Shown here piece by piece: positions 56,945 to 64,000 of a DNA stretch of 64,000 nt. A program made the position numbers and the translations under genes. Source of the DNA: a virus. Below the pieces are notes generated by a model. It was given only the letters and a program-made list of their open reading frames with translations. It was not told the origin of the DNA and did no database searches. Every line of letters starts with the position of its first letter. Position 1 is the first letter of the stretch. Where the stretch lies: positions 11,101 to 75,100 of the IMG/VR virus record IMGVR_UViG_3300015371_000017. One strand, 5' to 3'.

Positions 56945-57822
56945 CGAAAGACGAAAGAACTTCTGGGTTTGAAAACCACGTATTAGAAATCGCTCGTATC
57001 GCGAAAAAGACGGGAGAGGTATTAGACCTCAAGGCCGACGCGCAGCAAGCATGTTTCGCGACGATTATGATCGCGGCTGGCAATCAAGGAATTTTCTTTG
57101 CCATTGCTAATCCTGAATTGCCGCCAAACGGCCACAGCGAAGCCGTCACCAAAGATGCGGCAGCGGCAGCAAAAGCAGACGCGCAGATTCAAGACGCTCC
57201 GCGCAACCCCACACCTGAGCAAGCTGAGGCGGGAGCAATGACGGCGCTAAAGGATGGGGTTAGGAAAGCGTGTCGCTTGCTGAATGCGGAGGGCTATATG
57301 CCGCCCCTGCGTCCGGCCACGCTTGACGCCTACATTAAGAATGAAACCGATCTTGGGAAACCGTTCGCGGAGTTTGACAGTGAAGATATGGAGGCGTTGA
57401 TCAAGAATCTTTCATTCAAACTCACCGAACTGCAAGAAAAGAAAAAGTCCAATGAGTCAAAGGCCGGATTCTAAATGCCGTTTACGGAGACACGCGCAGA
57501 CATTTCCCGATGGTCGAGGGAGTATGACGAGCTATCAAACGAATATCGCACCGTCTGTCTTGAAGCCGAGAGGTATAGAGATGAATACGATCTCGCCAAG
57601 GCTCATGCAATGCTCAAGTCTCCACCTGAATACAAAGTTGACGAAAAGAAAGCTCACGTCACGATTATATGCAAAGAGGAAGCGGTCAAGGCTCATACCG
57701 CTGAGGCATCAAGAGAGTGGCACAAAGAGCGACTGAGGGCACTTGCGGCGCTATTAAACGCCGCGCAGAGCCAAGCCGCTACAGAACGTGAAGAACTTAA
57801 ACTGATGAATTTCAAACCATAG
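56941..57822 (+). CDS. Two hypothetical recombination-module proteins (56941-57474, 57475-57822)
   Basis: Coupled ORFs between the ATPase and the SSB-like gene. Confidence 0.5.
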
Positions 57823-57830
57823 GAGGCAAC

Positions 57831-58481
57831 ATGCCGTTAGTAGAACAACGAAGTGGCGAGACAAGATTAGCCGCGAAGTATTTTTCGCTTTGCCAGGTAT
57901 CGAAAACCCCACGAGACGGATTCGAGGCAATCACTGTCCAGAACCCCCAAACCGAGGACGAAGTAACAAAGTACGTTAAGCGCTACGACAAGGTGATCGG
58001 CTACATCACGAAGATCGAATGGCGCGATACGGAAGATAAGTACGATCAACAATTCCTAAGCTGGAACATTCATCTTGACGATGGCGAGGGAATGAAGGTT
58101 GTGCTATCCCTTGATTTTGATTCTGCTCCGTCGTCGCGGTTTATGAACCTTGCCGAAAACATTGATTTCACCAAGCCGGTAGAATTCAGCGCATGGCGTG
58201 ATAACTCAGGCAAAGCGCCTAAAACGGCGTTTGCAGTCAAGCAAGACGGTCAGAACGTGCCCCAGAAGTACACGAAAGACAATCCTGGCGAGCGACCGGC
58301 AATGGTAAAAGAGTTAGGCAAATGGAATTCTCGCACTCAAATGATCTGGCTGCATGGGCGAATGATGAACGTCGTCATTCCGGCGGTAGACGCAGCGAAC
58401 GCAAAGCGAGAATTCACCAGCAACGGATCGCCAACAACGTCCGAAAACGACGGGTGGGACGATGAGGGCGCCCCCTTCTAA
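57831..58481 (+). CDS. Putative single-stranded DNA-binding protein
   Basis: Beta-rich core with an acidic C-terminal tail WDDEGAPF like SSB tips. Confidence 0.55.
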   Translation: MPLVEQRSGETRLAAKYFSLCQVSKTPRDGFEAITVQNPQTEDEVTKYVKRYDKVIGYITKIEWRDTEDKYDQQFLSWNIHLDDGEGMKVVLSLDFDSAPSSRFMNLAENIDFTKPVEFSAWRDNSGKAPKTAFAVKQDGQNVPQKYTKDNPGERPAMVKELGKWNSRTQMIWLHGRMMNVVIPAVDAANAKREFTSNGSPTTSENDGWDDEGAPF

Positions 58482-59823
58482 CCCAAAGGGGTGTCGGGAG
58501 TTGGTAAAGCGAAATTAACAACTGAGAACCATCCCTGAACAGGAGGAAGTAGTAATGGCTGAGACGAAATTCACGTTCTTTTGGCTTGATGGTAAGCGCG
58601 AAGTGCTTGAGGGCGCAGATAGCGCAGACGCTCTGAATCGCGCGGGTTACGGCGCGGGTGCAGTGCGAGCGTTGGACTTCTTCGCGCATGGCGATAACGA
58701 CAATTACGTTTGGGACGCGCGCACAGGCGGATGGGAACGAAAGGATCGCGAGGTAAAGCATGGCTGAGACTACTGAAATTGCAGAGGCATTGACGCTCGT
58801 GGAGCAAGTTCGCGCCATGCTGAATCGCGAGGCGTACCACTATTGCGCCGACTGCAAAGGGCATTGCCGGCAAACAATTCTTGCGGTTGAGGCTCTGAAA
58901 GAATTGTTCCTTTTACCCATTTACTCAGCCTCACCTTCTGCCCGAATTGCGGCTGCGCATTCTCCCGCTTCGTATTCTTGTAACGAGAAGTTGGATTTCC
59001 CGCGTATTGAATGAGCCGCCAAAACCTCGCCCCGGTGTCGTTCTTTCCGCTTGTCGCAAATCCCTGCGTCGGCTTCCCGCTGTTGGGAACCTGACGATTG
59101 TGTACGGTTGTCATTGCGCAGATTTAATTCACGAGACGGAATACAAAGCGCGCATGTGTTCTTTGTCCTGTGTGCCGCGAACCACGGCCATCCGAAGAGG
59201 CAGCGTTAAATTGCGCTCGCCATCATACAGAAGGTGAGGCAAATCATGGGTGAGAAACCAGCAACAAAAACTGTTTACGTTCTGAGAGTCAGGCCTGTCG
59301 GCTGGCTACCGCTTGATGCGCTTCCCGATCCGCCTATTCGTAACGAGGTAGAACCATGAGTCTAAGAGAGCAAATTGGCGCCCACAATCATCTCGGCGGA
59401 TTCGACAAAGACTGCGCTGAATGTAACCCCGTCGATTCAGAACGCACAGCCAGTAAGCGCGTCTGCGCGGAGCACTGCGGACACGACCCCGAGTTAACGT
59501 ACAAGGGAATCTGCCGCCATCAAGCAACGATAATGGCTGACATCTGCGGTCATAGGTGCTTCTCTGAGAGCGAGCTACGGCACAACTTCGTGCGCGGTGA
59601 TGGAGGCGGATTGTGCTACTACGAATTGCCTGACACCGATCTCCAAGTCTGTGGACGCCCACGAGACGATGAGTGCCACGTACCGCCAGGCGGGGAATAG
59701 AACGATGCCGATTTGGATAATCATTACTCGCGATTATGAGCCGTGGGCTTACGTCAAGGCCGAATCCCCATGTTGGAAAGGTGAATTGCGGATACCGCTT
59801 CTAGTGTTCACTTTAACGATAGG

Positions 59824-60684
59824 TTGGCAGCAGAAAGAAAAGCGATGACAACATTTGACGATAGTTACAACGCTCTACGCAAAGCAGACAAGAAGCTAAC
59901 TGCAATCGCAGCCGAGACAGGCCAACCCGCAGCGGCGAGCGAAGTTGAGCAACCGTCACTGGCTCGCGTCGTTCAGCGTTTCTTGGACAAGGAGTGGTGC
60001 GGCGTATTGAATGAATGTCAGCGCAAGCAGATAGCGAAAGATATTGAGTTCCATTGGGAGCTTGCCAAGTTAAGCACCAGTGCCGCAGAACCTTGGCGCA
60101 CCGAACGAGCGCGACGATCTGAATCATCTGCCGCCGACGATCACGACATCCACGAACAACCTACGATCAACGAAATAGTAAACGCTTATGTTGAGCCTGA
60201 ACCCGCAGCAAGTGAGCCGTGGTGTGCGCCTTGTCAGAGCTATCATCCTTATCCGCGAACAATCGAGCATTGGCACGAGTTACAATGCAAAGCTGACCGC
60301 AGAGATTTTGAAGTTCAGGCAGGCCAACCCGCAGCGGCGAATGCTCACGCGCAGAACCCTCAAGCCTTCTGCCTGGCGTGTAACGAGCACCCATGCAAAT
60401 TGTTAAGCGCAGCAAATGCTTCACCTGCCCAAGTCTGTGCGCAATGTGAAAGCAATGCGAGATGGAACGAAGCAGGTGGCTACCACGCTGCCGCTTTCAA
60501 GTGTCGTGAATACTGCCGAGCCGGACACAGACCGTACCACTCTGCCCCTGCCCCAACTGAAGCCGCAGCACGACGCGCAGCATGGGACGCGGCGATTGAG
60601 ATTGTGATCGAAGCGCGGTTCTCTGGCGGTAGTGACTTGCGAGACATTATCAACCAACTTAAAGCCGCTCGCGATCAGGGTTGA
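59824..60684 (+). CDS. Mosaic Cys/His-module protein
   Basis: Short modules joined by repeated GQPAAA/EPAAS linkers. Confidence 0.55.
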   Translation: MAAERKAMTTFDDSYNALRKADKKLTAIAAETGQPAAASEVEQPSLARVVQRFLDKEWCGVLNECQRKQIAKDIEFHWELAKLSTSAAEPWRTERARRSESSAADDHDIHEQPTINEIVNAYVEPEPAASEPWCAPCQSYHPYPRTIEHWHELQCKADRRDFEVQAGQPAAANAHAQNPQAFCLACNEHPCKLLSAANASPAQVCAQCESNARWNEAGGYHAAAFKCREYCRAGHRPYHSAPAPTEAAARRAAWDAAIEIVIEARFSGGSDLRDIINQLKAARDQG

Positions 60685-60690
60685 CAGGTG

Positions 60691-60823
60691 TGTTATGATT
60701 ACTACGTGCAACAGTATAGAATCCACTTTCGACAGGGCGGCGATCCTAATCGGGTCACAACGCGATTCCTTCGCGGCTGTTGCACACTGCCCTGTCGATT
60801 TTTTCTTCAGAGGTGCAACAGTG
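60691..60823 (+). promoter_or_regulatory. C4/CI-like antisense-attenuator leader
   Basis: GTGCAACAG at 60706 and 60813, complement CTGTTGCAC at 60777 inside a terminator stem followed by a T-run. Confidence 0.55.
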
Positions 60824-61315
60824 AAAGAAATCCAACTAAATCACAATAAGGTCGCGCTTGTTGATGATGAAGATTACGAGCGCGTGTCTCGGTTAACGTG
60901 GACTGCCTTCAAAAACCCGCTCGGAAAGTGGTATGCGAAAACTGGCGGCGGACGTAGCCAGCGCAGACTTCATCGCTTCATCCTAAATCTCACCGACCCG
61001 TCTATTAAGGTTGACCATAAAGACGGCGACGGCCTGAACAATCAGAAGCACAATCTTCGTATTGCGACTACCGCCCAAAACGGATGGAACGTAGGGCTTT
61101 ATAGAACTAATTCATCTGGCTTTAAGGGCGTAAGCTGGCGAGACAACAGACACAAGAATCACTGGCTTGCCAAGATTGAAGCAAATCACAAGATTTTCCG
61201 GTTAGGCGCGTTCGCAACAGCGGAAGAAGCAGCCCGTGCTTACGATACGAAAGCGCGAGAGCTTCACGGCGAATTTGCGCGACTTAACTTTCCGCAAGAG
61301 GGATCAAATGAGTAG
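60821..61315 (+). CDS. HNH-AP2 homing endonuclease
   Basis: [55 protein letters not shown]...HGEFARLNF. Confidence 0.9.
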   Translation: MKEIQLNHNKVALVDDEDYERVSRLTWTAFKNPLGKWYAKTGGGRSQRRLHRFILNLTDPSIKVDHKDGDGLNNQKHNLRIATTAQNGWNVGLYRTNSSGFKGVSWRDNRHKNHWLAKIEANHKIFRLGAFATAEEAARAYDTKARELHGEFARLNFPQEGSNE

Positions 61316-61886
61316 ATTTGAAAAGGTCGCACAAAAGGCAGCGGAGAAGATTTGCGAGAGCGATAAAGATGAGTGCAAGTGCGGACATCCGCGAACGTGG
61401 CACGGCCCGCCGCCGCTAAGACAAGGATGTGCTGGCACTCAAAAGCATATCGACACAGGCGGTGAGTCTCGTTGTTGGTGTCTTGCTTTCGAGTTAAGCG
61501 AAGCGTGGGAAGAAGAAAGAATCGCAGAGGTCGCCGCTATTATCACGTCTGAATCAGCCGGTGAAGCCGCACTGACAGTAGAGGATGCGCTGGCGGAGTT
61601 GCAGGCTGCGGACGCTGACAAAGGTGTGCGAATTGTGATTACGCGGTATGTCGGCGGCGCGACTGGTTACGACCTCCAGAGATTCCACAGACATCCCGAC
61701 GATACGTGGCGCAGCCTTGCGAATGCTTCTACGCTTGCTGAGGCTGTCCGCGACTATAAGGAGAAAGAGAACAATGGGACTACATAGTGCGTTTCAAGGC
61801 TGGCGGTATGCGCTACTACCACTGGCGTTTGTGTTTCTAATTCTGATTGTAATGGTACTCGTTGAGATTTTTGGAGGAGCATCCAA

Positions 61887-63014
61887 ATGAGCAGTAATGA
61901 ATCAAACGTAGCCACGCGGCTCTTGGATCGATGCACAGTTCTACTTAACGGCAAAGCTCAGTGCATTAACCACAAGAACCACGGGCCTGACATTGAACAT
62001 CAATACGATCCCGCCGAAATTAAATCCGCATTCCCAAAATGGAGTGACGAGCAGTGTCAAAAGGCGAGTCGAATTGCATCACAAGAATCAGCCCACACAG
62101 CCGCACCGCCTGAGCGAATCTCGATTGCGGCTTGTGATGCGGGCTATGAATCGAGTTCGTGGTATCGACGCGCACCGCGTAACGCAAGGGAGATCGAGTA
62201 CGTGCGAGCCGATCTTGCTGCTACTCCGGCGCGGGTGAAATCCGTCGAGGAAGAGACTCGCGATACGCCTTGGCCTGAATGCCCAATCACCCGCCGCCCA
62301 TTCTTTATGAACATGGAACACCCTGAGATGGGTGAAGTTCCAACCTTCGGCGGCCCGTTTGATAGCTACACAATTCCAGAAGTTGACGACGATGGGCAGT
62401 TGCAGCTTGAGCGATATGACCACGATGCGGGAATGTGGATTGAAGGCGGCGAGCCAACGCAAATCTATTTAACCACTGAGCAACCCTGCAATCACGACTT
62501 GCCGCCATTCCTGAAACGGCACAGCGAGCCGGAAGTTTTGTGTGAGCACGGGGCTGCTCCCTCCCGCGATGAGCAGGAGACAGCGGGTGATGAAATCGCT
62601 GAAATTCAAAAGCGGGTTGAGAAGGCAACGCCGGGGCCGTGGACACTTTATCTGGACGGCAATATAAGCGCACAAGAAAACGGCGGGAGACGCGCCATCG
62701 CAAAAGTCGCTTTTCCGCAACAATCTCAGGACATGGTTGACGGTTCGTTCATCGCCCACGCTCCCGCCGACGTTCGCCGCCTACTAGACCTCTACCATCA
62801 GCAGACCGCCGCGCTTGCTGAGTCTCGGAGTGCAGCGGAGACGGGGTTGAACCTGCTGCGTCAACTCGTTGGCGGCAAGAATGCGTTGCGAGAACTTGAC
62901 GTGTTCCAATGCAATCAAGCCGAGCACGATCTTGGCTGCGAGTGCTTCTGGGAACAATGCGAAGCGTGGGCAAAAACTGACGCGGAGCACGCCACACTAT
63001 CAGAGGAGAAGTGA
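61887..63014 (+). CDS. Mosaic protein with Ead/Ea22-like segment
   Basis: EIQKRVEKATPGPW...FIAHAPADVRRLL. Confidence 0.55.
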   Translation: MSSNESNVATRLLDRCTVLLNGKAQCINHKNHGPDIEHQYDPAEIKSAFPKWSDEQCQKASRIASQESAHTAAPPERISIAACDAGYESSSWYRRAPRNAREIEYVRADLAATPARVKSVEEETRDTPWPECPITRRPFFMNMEHPEMGEVPTFGGPFDSYTIPEVDDDGQLQLERYDHDAGMWIEGGEPTQIYLTTEQPCNHDLPPFLKRHSEPEVLCEHGAAPSRDEQETAGDEIAEIQKRVEKATPGPWTLYLDGNISAQENGGRRAIAKVAFPQQSQDMVDGSFIAHAPADVRRLLDLYHQQTAALAESRSAAETGLNLLRQLVGGKNALRELDVFQCNQAEHDLGCECFWEQCEAWAKTDAEHATLSEEK

Positions 63015-63017
63015 ACG

Positions 63018-63311
63018 ATGGCAAAGTTTAGGAAGAAACCAATCGTAATTGAGGCTGTTTGCTGGGATGGTACGGAACCCGTTCGCGGTGAACTCAATCG
63101 CTGGGTTTCTGGAAACGTCTTATGTTGGTCAAGTGACGATGCGCCGTGCTTGAAAACTTTGGAAGGCACGATGCGCGCTGAAATTGGCGATTGGATCATC
63201 AAGGGAGTTAAGGGCGAGTTCTATCCCTGTAAGCCTGATATCTTTGCCGCAACTTACGAACCGGTAAACGAATCAACACAGGCGGATTACCACGCCGGAA
63301 TCGGCAGATAG
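63018..63311 (+). CDS. Conserved phage protein (KKPIVIEA...TLEG...GDWIIKGVKGEFYPCKPDIF family)
   Basis: Widespread phage motif string. Confidence 0.8.
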   Translation: MAKFRKKPIVIEAVCWDGTEPVRGELNRWVSGNVLCWSSDDAPCLKTLEGTMRAEIGDWIIKGVKGEFYPCKPDIFAATYEPVNESTQADYHAGIGR

Positions 63312-63318
63312 GAGTCAA

Positions 63319-63720
63319 ATGCCTAACGACGAATCAAAGGAACTGTTGCCCAAGTATGTGTCAGCCTACTACTATTCGTTTCAACTGACAGGTGACGACA
63401 AGATAGACGCGATTCTTTCCGCCGTTGCGAGCGCGGGGAAGGCATACCACCACACGGAAGATTGGAATGAAATCAGCAAGCGAAGCGGTCTCAGCTATAT
63501 CGAGACGATCCAACAAGCCGCTAACGCTGCCGCGCGAAATGAGAAGTCGCCACCTGAAGAAGCAGGAGCAAAAGCAGAGAAGGTAATCAACGTTCCGGTA
63601 GTGGATAGAGGCGGAGAGATCGGATGGCTTAGTCCGGCGCAATACTCTGACTTAGTTGATCGCATCACTACAGCATTAGGTGGCGACGAAATCAAAAGAG
63701 GGATTAGGGTGAGTGACTGA
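63319..63720 (+). CDS. Hypothetical protein
   Basis: AGGAG RBS, AYYYSF..TG...IDAILSAVA.AGKAYHHTEDW. Confidence 0.6.
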   Translation: MPNDESKELLPKYVSAYYYSFQLTGDDKIDAILSAVASAGKAYHHTEDWNEISKRSGLSYIETIQQAANAAARNEKSPPEEAGAKAEKVINVPVVDRGGEIGWLSPAQYSDLVDRITTALGGDEIKRGIRVSD

Positions 63721-64000
63721 GCAATCACTTTTCGATCAGCCAAAGAGCCAGTCTCAGCTTATCTTGGCGCCCCCATCTTCAGGCCGGTGGGACGCTGACT
63801 GTCCTCGATGCTATGGGCGAGCCGTTTCGCTGCTATGCCCTTTCACAACGCTGTGGAGACTTACGCAAGGACGGATGGAATGTAGTTAGTCAGATGGTCA
63901 AGCTACCTTCAGGAAAGAGGGTCGCGAGATATTCAATACCAGCAGATAAGCAGAGGCTTGAGGAGTAGATAAGGTGGGCGACGCGATCCAAACAGTTGAA

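Noticed and set aside
60681-60699. TTGACA as a -35 box for TATGAT
   Set aside because: The spacing is only 7 nt, and TTGACA contains the upstream stop codon.
1-64000. Prophage boundaries, integrase and host assignment
   Set aside because: No host genes, integrase or att duplication are visible, and host taxonomy cannot be supported from the sequence alone.

Overview
The whole window is phage DNA: part of a podovirus-like tailed phage genome larger than 64 kb, with no host genes, integrase, DNA polymerase, helicase or endolysin recognised. The left 40 kb is a minus-strand morphogenesis arm in an unusual order: TerS, scaffold, major capsid, adaptor, TerL, portal, ejection proteins (one 2017 aa with a lytic transglycosylase domain), adaptors/nozzle, a Gly-X-Ser collagen-like fibre coupled to three glycosyl-/methyltransferase genes, a GNAT protein, paralogous fibre proteins and a pectate-lyase-type tailspike that runs off the left edge. 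The right 24 kb holds early and accessory genes, a lysis-like membrane cluster, a DNA methyltransferase, a divergent HTH switch, and SMC-like and SSB-like recombination genes. Mobile elements are a complete IS1595-family element (24-bp TIRs, 8-bp TSD, passenger genes), a GIY-YIG endonuclease and several HNH endonucleases. The main unexplained signals are: (1) two similarly built loci in which overlapping divergent promoters would make a long (about 400 nt) structured non-coding RNA and a small RNA complementary to its 5' end; (2) a candidate virion-fibre glycosylation cassette; (3) SymR-like antisense cassettes on two HNH genes and an IS passenger; (4) an antisense ORF bridging an inverted endonuclease; (5) a dif-like Xer site and a sigma54-like promoter with enhancer-like repeats; (6) an aberrant tRNA-like RNA. 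All RNA structures and promoters were read by eye and need computational and experimental confirmation.
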